NCBI GenBank assembly: GCA_024680155.1
Contig: JAILCM010000181.1
Span: 902-64,901 of the forward strand
Length of the DNA stretch: 64,000 nucleotides
Direction of reading: 5' to 3'
DNA from: Treponema sp.
GTDB taxonomy: Bacteria; Spirochaetota; Spirochaetia; Treponematales; Treponemataceae
The notes below the pieces were generated by a model, which saw only the letters and a program-made list of their open reading frames with translations, ran no database searches and had not been told where the DNA came from. Within the stretch, counting starts at the first letter, position 1; each line of letters begins with the position of its first letter. Below, piece by piece: positions 1-9,298 of the stretch. The position numbers were made by a program, and so were the translations under genes.

Positions 1-329
1 GCAGAATTTACAAAACCAACATCATTACTAACCGCAAAACCCGCAATAAAACGGTTACCGGTAGTAAAAAGCTTTTTTATATCCTTATAATATGCAGCAA
101 AATTCGGTTTAATTCGGAAATAATCCTTAGAATAAGCCAACTGACATCCGCCCTTCCCCGAAAAAAGATACCAGTCAAACTCACATTCCGGATTCATCAC
201 AACATCTTCAGATTCAATAACGTTCAATTCATCATCACAAAGCACATACCCAAGCGAACAGATTTTACCAACGCCTTCAAAAGTATTCGCGCATTCACAG
301 TCAAAAAAAACAAAATTCTTGTGGTTCAT
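1..329 (-). CDS. DEDD-type 3'-5' exonuclease (DnaQ-like), partial, runs off the left edge
   Basis: Not in the ORF track. Hand translation from ATG at 329 gives MNHKNFVFFDCECANTFEGVGKICSLGYVLCDDELNVIESEDVVMNPE...IAGFAVSND, with an ExoI-like DxE motif and an ExoII-like segment. TATAAT lies 6 nt upstream. Confidence 0.7.
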   Translation of the reverse strand, partial: MNHKNFVFFDCECANTFEGVGKICSLGYVLCDDELNVIESEDVVMNPECEFDWYLFSGKGGCQLAYSKDYFRIKPNFAAYYKDIKKLFTTGNRFIAGFAVSNDVGFVNS

Positions 330-352
330 GATTTTATTATATAGATTTTTAG

Positions 353-540
353 AAGGAGGGGGAATGCCTTCCCCCTGGGGTTCAAGCATTGCTTTCACCC
401 ACACCCCCTTCTCCTAAGGGCTCTGCCCTTAAAAACCCGTGAAAGAAACAAAAACGGAAGTGCAAGCGACATAAGTTGTAATTATAAATCCAACAGAAGC
501 TAGCACTCCCCCCTAAGGGCGCGCTACCCTTAAAAACACG
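353..540 (+). repeat. GC-rich dispersed palindromic repeat, copy 1 (composite)
   Basis: AAGGAGGGGGAA-TGCC-TTCCCCCT...CACCCCCTTCTCCTAAGGG-CTCTG-CCCTTAAAAACCCG, then a stem around a 31-nt loop and a second AAGGG..CCCTTAAAAAC unit. Motifs are shared with 8366-8548 and 14214-14291. Confidence 0.7.
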
Positions 541-543
541 GAA

Positions 544-1743
544 TTAAAATTTATAAGGAGTCTTTATAAGTTTAAAATGTGCATAGTGCCAAGCCCTTCC
601 TTCTTCTGTACAAGTACAATTAGAATCCTCCCAAATTGTTCCTGTGCAATCACCAAAATACTGAATAAAATAAGTATCAGGATCTGGTGAATACGAAACA
701 GAGCTACATTCGGATTTAATATAATCACCTAAAGTATAAACATTTCCCTTTGAATCAAGCCGTATATATTTCGACTGTAATTCCTCGACTGTGTACGCTT
801 TATCTACGATATTATCTGAATTAATTGTCTTTTCAATCTTGCCATCCAAAAGAATCCACAGAGAAGAATCTATACTACCATAAGTATAAAAATTTCCTTC
901 GCCAGAAAAATTATCAGAAATCACAGTATTAGAACTTGAATAAGTTTTTATCCAAGAAAAGATTGTATCAGAAAAACCAATATCTTCCTTATAATCTTCT
1001 TTTACGCTTGTAGTTAAAGAAAACGAATACGAATCTCCAACTTTTCCTACAAGAAGCGAGAAATCAATTTTTGAAAGTGGAATTTTTCCAAAGGCGTAAG
1101 GAAAGAAGTCATTTTCATTATAATCAACTTTTCCATTTGCAAGCAGTTTTATTGTAGTATCAAGTTTATCAACAGGTCTTACAAAACGTATTGTATGAAC
1201 TGGTGAACTTTCATCATCACCTACCCACGAAATTGAAACGCCAACATCGGCAGTCTGAGTTTTAATTTTTGGAACCAGATAGAAAATTACAAATTCAGCA
1301 GTTGCAAAAGAAAGCTGTTTAGAAGCAGAATCTTCGGCAATAACTTCTTCACCGCAATAAGCAGTACATTTAAAATAGTAAGTACCTTCGTTATCAAAAA
1401 CCATAGTCTTTGAAGTATATGAATCTTCTTTAGAAATCTTAAGTGTAGAAATCATATTATCATCAGTCATAGTTGTATCAGACACATCTTCTTTATCAAG
1501 TGCACCAAGGTACCAAACTGAAATCTGATAAAAATCAACATCATGTTTTGAATAGTAAGTAATAGTTCGGGCATCAAATCTTGTAGAATCTTTAAAAGGA
1601 TTACTAATCACTACACCTGTTTTATCAGCCGGAATAACAGTGTTTAACTGCTCAAGTTTTGTTCCAACATCAGAACAAGACACCAACAATGTTGAAAGTG
1701 CAAAAAATAAAGCACCCAACATTACACCTACATTTTTTTTCAT
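544..1743 (-). CDS. Hypothetical lipoprotein
   Basis: Signal peptide II MKKNVGVMLGALFFALSTLLVS-C. The AGGAGA SD supports a start at 1743 rather than 1770. Confidence 0.75.
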   Translation of the reverse strand: MKKNVGVMLGALFFALSTLLVSCSDVGTKLEQLNTVIPADKTGVVISNPFKDSTRFDARTITYYSKHDVDFYQISVWYLGALDKEDVSDTTMTDDNMISTLKISKEDSYTSKTMVFDNEGTYYFKCTAYCGEEVIAEDSASKQLSFATAEFVIFYLVPKIKTQTADVGVSISWVGDDESSPVHTIRFVRPVDKLDTTIKLLANGKVDYNENDFFPYAFGKIPLSKIDFSLLVGKVGDSYSFSLTTSVKEDYKEDIGFSDTIFSWIKTYSSSNTVISDNFSGEGNFYTYGSIDSSLWILLDGKIEKTINSDNIVDKAYTVEELQSKYIRLDSKGNVYTLGDYIKSECSSVSYSPDPDTYFIQYFGDCTGTIWEDSNCTCTEEGRAWHYAHFKLIKTPYKF

Positions 1744-1916
1744 TTTAATTCTCCTAAGATTTTTTTTCATAGGCAGGACAAAAGAAGTAACAAATTATTA
1801 TAACCACCATCCAAGTCAGATGTCAATTTTTATTTTTTTTAATATATTTTACCGCTTCTTGCCCATCAATCCACCTAGTAAATAGGTAATTTTTTCAACA
1901 CACTACGCAAATTATA

Positions 1917-1945
1917 TTGTCGACACCCCGAATTTTCAGTATATT
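1917..1945 (+). promoter_or_regulatory. sigma70-type promoter of sufC (probably leaderless)
   Basis: TTGTCG-17 nt-TATATT, ATG 6 nt downstream, no SD. Confidence 0.55.
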
Positions 1946-1951
1946 TACAGT

Positions 1952-2689
1952 ATGTTGTTAGATGTAAAAAACTTAAACGCAGGTCTTGAAGACGGCAAAC
2001 AGATTCTTAATGACCTGAATATACAAATTGGACAGGGCGAAACTCACGTTCTGATGGGACCAAACGGAGCCGGAAAATCTTCTCTTGGCAATGCCTTAAT
2101 GGGAAATCCTGTTTACAAAATTACAAGCGGAAAAATCATTTTTAAGGACACCGACATTACAGAAGAAAGTACCGATAAGCGAGCAAAACTTGGCATGTTC
2201 ATGTCTTTCCAGAGTCCACTCGAAGTTCCGGGAATCAGTCTTGAAGCTTTTATTCGTTCTGCAATTCAGCAGAAAACAGGCGAACACGTAAAATTATTCC
2301 AGTTCCAGAAAGAACTTAAACGCTGCATGGAACTTTTGAATATGAATCCAGATTACGCCCGCCGCGACCTGAACGTTGGTTTTTCTGGTGGAGAGCGCAA
2401 AAAGAGCGAAATCTTACAGCTTCTTATGCTTAAACCAGATTTTGCAATCCTTGACGAAACAGACTCAGGTCTTGACGTAGATGCTATCCGTTTTGTTGCC
2501 AAAGGAATTGAAGAATACCGCAAAATGACAAACGGCTCCCTTCTTATCATCACTCATACTACAAAAATTCTGGAAGGTCTTGCCGTAGATAAAACACACA
2601 TTCTTGTAAAAGGCCACATAGTTAAAACAGGCGACGGACAGTTATTCAAGGAAATAAACGAAAAAGGTTTTGAGGAATTTATAAAATAA
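1952..2689 (+). CDS. sufC: Fe-S cluster assembly ATPase SufC
   Basis: GPNGAGKS Walker A, FSGGERKK signature, LDETDSGLDVDA. Directly upstream of sufB. Confidence 0.95.
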   Translation: MLLDVKNLNAGLEDGKQILNDLNIQIGQGETHVLMGPNGAGKSSLGNALMGNPVYKITSGKIIFKDTDITEESTDKRAKLGMFMSFQSPLEVPGISLEAFIRSAIQQKTGEHVKLFQFQKELKRCMELLNMNPDYARRDLNVGFSGGERKKSEILQLLMLKPDFAILDETDSGLDVDAIRFVAKGIEEYRKMTNGSLLIITHTTKILEGLAVDKTHILVKGHIVKTGDGQLFKEINEKGFEEFIK

Positions 2690-2693
2690 CTTT

Positions 2694-4106
2694 ATGGAAG
2701 AAAAAACAAATATACAGGACATCAACCGAGAATTCTACGATTTCCGCTACGAAGAAACAGAAAAGGATTTTTACCGTATTGAAAGCGGGCTTACTCCAGA
2801 CATCGTAGCAAAAATCAGTGAAGAAAAAGGCGACCCACAATGGATGCGCAAATTCCGCTTAAAATCGCTGGAACTTTATAATCAGCTTAAAGTGCCAAAA
2901 TGGGGACCTTCTATTGACGGTTTGAATATAGATAACATTGCAACCTACGTTCGCCCAAAAACCCAAATGAGCGGAAAATGGGAAGACGTTCCAGATGATA
3001 TAAAAGAAACTTTTGAAAAGCTTGGAATTCCTGAAGCAGAAAGAAAATCTCTTGCGGGTGTTGGCGCTCAATACGATTCAGAACTTGTTTACCACAACGT
3101 CCAGGAAGAAGTTGCAAAACAGGGCGTTGTTTATATGGGCTTTGAAGAAGCATTAAAAAGCGAAGAATGGGGCCCAATGGTAAAAGAATATTTTATGACA
3201 CTCATTACTCCAAAAGACCACAAATTTGCCGCTTTACACGGAGCTGTCTGGTCAGGAGGAAGCTTTGTTTATGTTCCAAAAGGCGTTCATCTTTCGTTCC
3301 CGTTGCAATCTTACTTCCGTTTGAATGCGCGTGGAGCTGGTCAGTTTGAACATACACTTATTATCGTAGACGAAGGAGCAGATTTACACTTTATCGAAGG
3401 TTGTTCTGCACCAAAATATAACGAAGCAAACCTACACGCGGGTGCCGTTGAACTTTTTGTAAAAAAAGGCGCTCACTTACGCTACTCTACAATCGAAAAC
3501 TGGTCTAAAAACATGTACAATCTGAACACAAAACGTGCAAAGGTTGAAGAAGATGCCAGCATTGAATGGGTAAGCGGTTCGTTCGGTTCACACGTAAGCT
3601 ATCTCTACCCGGAAAGTGATTTGGTTGGAAGACGTGCAAAATCAGAGTTTACAGGAATTACCTTTGCAGGTAACGGACAGGAACTGGACACTGGTGCAAA
3701 AATGGTTCATCTTGCGCCGGACACAACAAGCCTTATTTCTACAAAGTCAATTTCTAAAGGTGGCGGAGTAAGCATTTACCGTTCTGCAGTTTACATAGAC
3801 AAAAATGCAACAGGAAGTAAAACAAGTGTTTCTTGTGAAAGTTTAATGCTCGATTCAGAAAGCCGTTCAGACACAATTCCTGCTATGGTAATTAAAACCG
3901 ACGAATGTGATGTAGGCCACGAAGCAAAAATCGGCCGCATTTCAAACGACGCAATTTTCTATTTAATGAGCCGCGGAATCCCAGAAGACGAAGCGAGAAG
4001 CATGATAGTAAGCGGATTTGCAAATCCTGTAAGCAAAGAGTTACCTTTGGAATACGCCGTTGAGATGAATAATTTGATTAAGCTCGAGATGAAAGGTTCA
4101 ATGTAG
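2694..4106 (+). CDS. sufB: Fe-S cluster assembly protein SufB
   Basis: LAGVGAQYDSE, HGAVWSGGSF, GQFEHTLII, HEAKIG and FYLMSRGI motifs. Confidence 0.95.
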   Translation: MEEKTNIQDINREFYDFRYEETEKDFYRIESGLTPDIVAKISEEKGDPQWMRKFRLKSLELYNQLKVPKWGPSIDGLNIDNIATYVRPKTQMSGKWEDVPDDIKETFEKLGIPEAERKSLAGVGAQYDSELVYHNVQEEVAKQGVVYMGFEEALKSEEWGPMVKEYFMTLITPKDHKFAALHGAVWSGGSFVYVPKGVHLSFPLQSYFRLNARGAGQFEHTLIIVDEGADLHFIEGCSAPKYNEANLHAGAVELFVKKGAHLRYSTIENWSKNMYNLNTKRAKVEEDASIEWVSGSFGSHVSYLYPESDLVGRRAKSEFTGITFAGNGQELDTGAKMVHLAPDTTSLISTKSISKGGGVSIYRSAVYIDKNATGSKTSVSCESLMLDSESRSDTIPAMVIKTDECDVGHEAKIGRISNDAIFYLMSRGIPEDEARSMIVSGFANPVSKELPLEYAVEMNNLIKLEMKGSM

Positions 4107-4139
4107 CAATTCTTTAACATTTACCTTTGGAGGTTTGTA

Positions 4140-5201
4140 ATGGAACAAAAGTTAGATATAAATCCAATTCCATATCTTACTTGGACTTGGCTTAAAATAA
4201 ATAAAGACTCTATTGAAGTACCTGTGTTCGCTGGTGAAAATACAGGTTGTGAAGTACAGATTCCAGACGGAGTAACAATCAGCAGCGGAAAATCTATAAA
4301 AACAGAACTTCCAGAACCAGAAAATGCAATCGGTTCACAAGCCGCAGATCTTATTACACAAAGTGCCGCCGAAGGAAAAATTTACACTTTTGAGCGCGGA
4401 AAAGCTGGCGACGACACAAAACCTTTAATCATAAGAATATCTGCTGACCAAAATAATGCAACTCATCAAATCATACACGCAAAAACAGGAGTTACTGCAA
4501 AAGTAATTATTGTATACGATGGCGGTACAGATAAATCATCACTTTCTGGCATTATTACAAAAGTTTATGCAGAAGATGATTCTAACATTTACATTACAAA
4601 AGTTCAGCTTTGCGGTAAAAACGTAAATCAAATTGATAACACTTCCGTAGTTTGCGGCGAACGAGCAAAAGTAAGCCTTACTCAGATTGAACTTGGTGGC
4701 TCTCATATTGACGCAAGTTTTCATACTACACTCGCAGGTTATCAGTCTCAGTTTACGTCAGATACAGCATATATTTGCCGCGGAACACAATATCTGGATA
4801 TGAATCAGGTTGTAGTTCATAAAGGAAAAAAGACAGTCTGTAACATGAAAACCGACGGAACTGTAAAAGATGAAACTACAAAAACATATCGTGGAACAAT
4901 CGACCTCGTAAAAGGATGTACCGGCTCAAAAGGAAACGAAATAGAAACGACCCTTCTTTTGTCTCCAAAGGCTGTGGTAAAAGCCGCTCCAATTATTCTT
5001 TGTGGTGAAGAAGATATTTCTGCAGAACACGGTTCTACAATTGGAAAACTTTCTAACGAAATGCTTTTCTACATGAACAGCCGCGGAATTGACCAGAAAA
5101 CTGCCGAAGACCTTTTGACACGAGCAAAAATAACCGCTGCTGCAGCAAACATCCCAGATGAAGGTGTACATGAAGAAATAGAAAACTGGTTGGAAAAATA
5201 A
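4140..5201 (+). CDS. sufD: Fe-S cluster assembly protein SufD
   Basis: Beta-helix SufBD family with C-terminal HGSTIG...FYMNSRGI. Follows sufB. Confidence 0.9.
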   Translation: MEQKLDINPIPYLTWTWLKINKDSIEVPVFAGENTGCEVQIPDGVTISSGKSIKTELPEPENAIGSQAADLITQSAAEGKIYTFERGKAGDDTKPLIIRISADQNNATHQIIHAKTGVTAKVIIVYDGGTDKSSLSGIITKVYAEDDSNIYITKVQLCGKNVNQIDNTSVVCGERAKVSLTQIELGGSHIDASFHTTLAGYQSQFTSDTAYICRGTQYLDMNQVVVHKGKKTVCNMKTDGTVKDETTKTYRGTIDLVKGCTGSKGNEIETTLLLSPKAVVKAAPIILCGEEDISAEHGSTIGKLSNEMLFYMNSRGIDQKTAEDLLTRAKITAAAANIPDEGVHEEIENWLEK

Positions 5202-5278
5202 GATTGTCGGGTCAAGTCCTGCGATGTCTGCGAAGTAAACTCGGTCAACAATGACAGAACGCCCCGCCCGACAATGAC
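5202..5278. repeat. REP-like palindromic element between convergent sufD and the ABC gene
   Basis: Perfect inverted arms ATTGTCGGG (5203-5211) and CCCGACAAT (5267-5275). GGTCAA and ACAATGAC each occur twice, giving degenerate units of a GATTGTCGGGTCAAGCCCGACAATGAC-type palindrome. Confidence 0.6.
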
Positions 5279-5279
5279 C

Positions 5280-7007
5280 TCATTTCTGGGCAGCCCGCAA
5301 TTTGTAGTATTCACCGCGTTTTGCCATTAATTCATCGTGTGTTCCCATTTCTACAATACCGTGGTCATTTACTACGGCAATTTTATCGGCATTTTTTATT
5401 GTAGAAAGACGATGCGCAATTACAAGCGTTGTTCGCCCTTTTGAAAGTTCATCAAATGAATGCTGAATTTTAATTTCGGTAGTTGTGTCCAGAGCCGAAG
5501 TTGCTTCATCCAAAATTAAAATCGGCGGATTTTTTAAGAAACATCTTGCAATAGAAACACGCTGTTTTTGGCCCCCGCTAAGTTTAATTCCGCGCTCACC
5601 TACAATTGAATCATAACCGTTTGGCATTTTCATAATATCATCATGAATTTCTGCGCGGCGGGCTGCCTTTTCAATTTCTTCATCAGTTGCATCAGGCTTT
5701 CCGTACGCAATATTTTCGCGGATTGTTCCTGCAAACAAAAATACATCCTGCTGAACAATTCCAATCTGCCCTCTAAGAGAACTTTTTTTAATCTTTCGAA
5801 TATCAATTCCATCAAGACTAATCTGCCCGCCGGTAATTTCATAAAAACGAGGAATCAAATTGCAGATTGTAGATTTTCCGCCACCACTCGCCCCAACAAG
5901 AGCAAATTTTTCTCCAGCATGAATATCAAAGTTCACATCACTTAAAACAGGAAAATCCTGAGTATAAGAAAAATCTACATTTTTAAAGCTGATATTTCCA
6001 CGCGCAGAAAGTACATCCACAGCATCAGCTTCATCAGCTGGCTCCGGCTTGGTACGCATAATTTCCATAAAACGCTGAAAACCCGCCATTCCGGTTGCAA
6101 ACTGTTCTACAAAGTTTGTCAATTTACGAATTGGGGCTGTAAAACTTGCAATAAAAAGATTAGCCGCAATCAAATCTGGCAGAGTCATCTTTCCTTTCAT
6201 AATAAAAAATCCGCCAACAGCAAGCACCAGAAGCGAAAGCATATTATTACAAATATCAATGTTTGAATGAAAAAAGGCCATATAACGGAAGCGAACCTGC
6301 TTTGCCGCACTGTATTCCCTGTTGTGATGAGCAAAACGCTGGCGTTCAAAATCTTCGTTACAAAATCCCTTAGTAACACGAATGCCGGAAATACTTGATT
6401 CAAGACTTGCATTTACTTCGGCAGTAGCTTCTTTTACACGAATTGATGTTCGCGAAAAATTACGTCGCGAAGAAATTACAATAAAAACCATAACAGGAAG
6501 GGCTACAATCACAATAAGGGCAAGTTCCCAGCGAATTTTCAAAAGCAGAACAAAAGAGCCTATCAAAGTAAGAATTGCAATAGAAAAATCTTCCGGCCCA
6601 TGGTGAGCAAGTTCAGTAATATCAAAAAGGTCGGTTGTTGCACGTGACATGATTTTTCCAGTACGGTGAGTATCGTAAAAACTGAACGGAAGCTTTTCAA
6701 GATGATCAAAAACATCACGGCGCATATCCTGTTCAACACGGTTTCCAAAAATATGTCCCCAATAACCGACAAACCAGTTACAAAGATAGCGAAGACAAAA
6801 GCCTGCAAAAAGAACAGCAATCAGAATTACAAAAGTTCTCAGCTGAAAGTTTGGAATAAGCGTATTCAATGCATAACGAGAAAACATAGGGAAAGCAACA
6901 TCAATTGCCGCAATAAAAACGGCACAAATCATATCTGTAATAAAAAGTGCAAGATGAGGCTTATAATAACATAAAAAAATTTTTAAAGGTCGGTTTGAAA
7001 AATCCAT
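5280..7007 (-). CDS. ABC exporter, fused permease plus ATPase (MsbA/Sav1866-like)
   Basis: N-terminal TM domain, GASGGGKS, LSGGQKQR, LDEATSALD, IAHRLST. Start placed at MDFSN (7007), with TATAAT 6 nt upstream. Confidence 0.92.
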   Translation of the reverse strand: MDFSNRPLKIFLCYYKPHLALFITDMICAVFIAAIDVAFPMFSRYALNTLIPNFQLRTFVILIAVLFAGFCLRYLCNWFVGYWGHIFGNRVEQDMRRDVFDHLEKLPFSFYDTHRTGKIMSRATTDLFDITELAHHGPEDFSIAILTLIGSFVLLLKIRWELALIVIVALPVMVFIVISSRRNFSRTSIRVKEATAEVNASLESSISGIRVTKGFCNEDFERQRFAHHNREYSAAKQVRFRYMAFFHSNIDICNNMLSLLVLAVGGFFIMKGKMTLPDLIAANLFIASFTAPIRKLTNFVEQFATGMAGFQRFMEIMRTKPEPADEADAVDVLSARGNISFKNVDFSYTQDFPVLSDVNFDIHAGEKFALVGASGGGKSTICNLIPRFYEITGGQISLDGIDIRKIKKSSLRGQIGIVQQDVFLFAGTIRENIAYGKPDATDEEIEKAARRAEIHDDIMKMPNGYDSIVGERGIKLSGGQKQRVSIARCFLKNPPILILDEATSALDTTTEIKIQHSFDELSKGRTTLVIAHRLSTIKNADKIAVVNDHGIVEMGTHDELMAKRGEYYKLRAAQK

Positions 7008-7051
7008 AGAATTATTATATAGGAAAAACAACGTATTATAATAGTAAATAA

Positions 7052-7080
7052 TTGCACAAATCCTGAAAATCCTCTAAAAT
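7052..7080 (+). promoter_or_regulatory. sigma70-type promoter for sufS
   Basis: TTGCAC-17 nt-TAAAAT. Confidence 0.5.
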
Positions 7081-7116
7081 GTGGCGTAATTACACATAAA
7101 CTTAGTAGGTAAAACA

Positions 7117-8361
7117 ATGGAAAATAAATACAGAAAGGATTTCCCTTTTTTTAAGGCAATTGATGAAAACGAAGCTGGAGAAAACAAAGGTCTCATTTAT
7201 TTTGATACAGCAGCAACTGCTCAGCGCCCGTTTATTGTCTTAAATGCAATGACTCACTTTTATGCAACAGAAAATGCAAACCCGTTGCGTGGACTTTATT
7301 CTTTGAGTGAACGTGCAACTCTTGCATACGAAAATGCGCGTGAGACAACCGCCCGCTTTATAAACGCACATGAAGCCGCAGAAGTTGTATTTACCCGCAA
7401 TGCTTCCGAAAGCCTTAATCTTGTTGCCTACAGCTGGGGCTTGAACAACCTGAAAGCCGGAGACGAAATTTGTGTAACTATAATGGAACATCATTCAAAT
7501 ATTGTTCCATGGCAAATGGTCTGCAAAAAGACTGGCGCAAAGCTTGTTTTTATGGAATGTGACAAAGAAACCGGCATTATAAGTGATGAAGAAATTGCTG
7601 CAAAAATTACAGAACGAACAAAAATTGTTTCTGTTGTACACGTAAGCAATGTAATGGGAGTTACAAATCCTGTTAAAAAAATTGGAGAAGCTGCACACGC
7701 AGTTGGAGCAATTTTTATTGTTGATGGAGCACAGTCTGCACCACACATGAAAGTTGATGTTCAGGATATAAACGCCGACTTTTTTGCAATGAGCGGACAC
7801 AAACTCTGCGGTCCAATGGGAATTGGTGCTCTTTACGGTAAACGCGAACTTTTAGAACAAATGGAACCGTTCCTTCGTGGCGGCGAAATGATTGAATACG
7901 TTACCCGCGATACTGCAACCTGGGCCGAAGTTCCACATAAATTTGAAGCAGGAACAGTCAGTGCGGGAGATGCAGTTGGAATGGCAGCCGCAATCCGCTA
8001 TATAAGTTCAATCGGGCTTGAAAATATCGAAAAACATGATGCAGAACTTGCATGCCGTATTATAGAAGGAATGAAAAATATCCCACACGTTAATATCATT
8101 GGAAGTAAAGACGGAAACAAACGCTGCGGAATTGTTACCTTCACTGTAGACGGCGTTCACCCGCATGATGTTGCAACTCTTCTTAGCGAAGAACATATTG
8201 CTATCCGTGCAGGACATCATTGTGCGCAGCCACTTGGTCAATATCTTGGTCAAACTGCAACTGCCCGTGCAAGCCTGTATTTTTACAATACCGAAGAAGA
8301 AGCCGATAAATTCCTTGAAAAACTTAGCCATCTTCGTGAATGGAGCGGCTTTAAGGATTAG
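7117..8361 (+). CDS. sufS: Cysteine desulfurase SufS
   Basis: DGAQS, SGHK PLP lysine, group II RAGHHCAQP catalytic motif. Confidence 0.95.
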   Translation: MENKYRKDFPFFKAIDENEAGENKGLIYFDTAATAQRPFIVLNAMTHFYATENANPLRGLYSLSERATLAYENARETTARFINAHEAAEVVFTRNASESLNLVAYSWGLNNLKAGDEICVTIMEHHSNIVPWQMVCKKTGAKLVFMECDKETGIISDEEIAAKITERTKIVSVVHVSNVMGVTNPVKKIGEAAHAVGAIFIVDGAQSAPHMKVDVQDINADFFAMSGHKLCGPMGIGALYGKRELLEQMEPFLRGGEMIEYVTRDTATWAEVPHKFEAGTVSAGDAVGMAAAIRYISSIGLENIEKHDAELACRIIEGMKNIPHVNIIGSKDGNKRCGIVTFTVDGVHPHDVATLLSEEHIAIRAGHHCAQPLGQYLGQTATARASLYFYNTEEEADKFLEKLSHLREWSGFKD

Positions 8362-8365
8362 GATA

Positions 8366-8548
8366 AAGGAGGGGCGCCTGCCCCTCGTTCCCAAGCAAGT
8401 CGCTTCGCTTTGTTGCTTGTCCACTACCCCCTCGCCTAAGTGGGAAATTCAATTTCAGCAGTTTTTGCAGAGCAAAAACTGCTGGCGCAAGTAGAATGAA
8501 TTAACAATAAGGTTCACACAGAAACTTGCGCCCCCCTTAAAAACCCCG
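8366..8548 (+). repeat. GC-rich dispersed palindromic repeat, copy 2 (composite)
   Basis: AAGGAGGGGC-GCCT-GCCCCTC...CTACCCCCTCGCCTAAG, a perfect 13-bp hairpin at 8456-8484, a GGCGCAAGT/ACTTGCGCC stem around a 31-nt loop, then CCCCTTAAAAACCCCG. Confidence 0.7.
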
Positions 8549-8598
8549 TCACAATCAAAGTTGAAACCAACGTCTTTTTATTGTATATTATTTAAATT

Positions 8599-9027
8599 AT
8601 GGACACAAAGGAATTATATCGCGAAATTTTAAACGAACATAACATAAACCCAACTCACAAAACCAACATGGACTCACCTACTTTTTGTCTTGAAGGCGTG
8701 AACCCTAGCTGCGGCGACCAGATTACCCTGCAGATGAAACTTAGTGACGACGGAAAAATTACCGACGCAAGTTTTACAGGAAGCGGATGTGCAATCAGCC
8801 AGGCAAGTGTTGATATGATGGCAGATTTAGTTATTGGAAAAACAAAAGAAGAAGCTTTAGAACTTGCTGATATTTTTGATCGCATGATTAAAGATAAAGT
8901 TACCGAAGAAGATTTGGAACGCCTTGATGAAGCTGCCGCTTTGCAGGATATTTCGCACATGCCTGCCCGCGTAAAATGTGCAATGCTTGGCTGGCGAACA
9001 ATGAAAGAAATGCTTGGTACTAAATAA
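8599..9027 (+). CDS. sufU: Fe-S scaffold / sulfur transfer protein SufU
   Basis: NPSCGD, GCAISQAS and PARVKCA motifs. Has its own TTGAAA-17-TATATT promoter at 8561-8589. Confidence 0.93.
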   Translation: MDTKELYREILNEHNINPTHKTNMDSPTFCLEGVNPSCGDQITLQMKLSDDGKITDASFTGSGCAISQASVDMMADLVIGKTKEEALELADIFDRMIKDKVTEEDLERLDEAAALQDISHMPARVKCAMLGWRTMKEMLGTK

Positions 9028-9090
9028 GAAAAATAAATATATAGTCGGAATTTTATAACATATAAATTAAAAAACAGGCTTGTACACCGC

Positions 9091-9119
9091 TTGAAACAAA
9101 TCTAATTTTGTGATATATT
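9091..9119 (+). promoter_or_regulatory. sigma70-type promoter of tRNA-Arg
   Basis: TTGAAA-17 nt-TATATT, 11 nt before the tRNA 5' end. Confidence 0.6.
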
Positions 9120-9130
9120 ATTTCTACTTC

Positions 9131-9204
9131 GGCGCTTTAGCTCAGCTGGATAGAGCAACTGCCTTCTAAGCAGTAGGTCGACAGTTCGATTCTGCCAAGC
9201 GTCA
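9131..9204 (+). tRNA. tRNA-Arg (anticodon UCU)
   Basis: Acceptor stem GGCGCTT/AAGCGTC, D arm GCTC..GAGC with A20, anticodon arm ACTGC-CTTCTAA-GCAGT, T loop TTCGATT. One A-C mismatch in the T stem. CCA is not encoded. Confidence 0.95.
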
Positions 9205-9206
9205 CT

Positions 9207-9238
9207 AAGAGTTCCTTAAACAGGAGCTCTTTTTTTTT
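9207..9238 (+). terminator. Intrinsic terminator after the tRNA
   Basis: AAGAGTTCCT-TAAAC-AGGAGCTCTT followed by a long T run. Confidence 0.75.
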
Positions 9239-9298
9239 GCAAAAATCTATTTACATAAAAACTTGTACAACAAAAAAAAGTCATAAATTGAAAAAAAC

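Noticed and set aside
500-528. CIRCE (HrcA) operator CTAGCACTC...
   Set aside because: The right half-site and spacing do not fit TTAGCACTC-N9-GAGTGCTAA, and it lies inside a repeat rather than before a chaperone gene.
8008-8494. Overlapping ORFs 8008-8424 (-) and 8165-8494 (+), and the many other short nested ORFs in the track
   Set aside because: Shadow or alternate frames of well-supported genes, or read-through into repeats; no SD, promoter or recognisable motifs.
9131-9240. tRNA-Arg as an integration site
   Set aside because: No integrase nearby and no duplicated tRNA 3' end was seen; the flanks are core-like genes.
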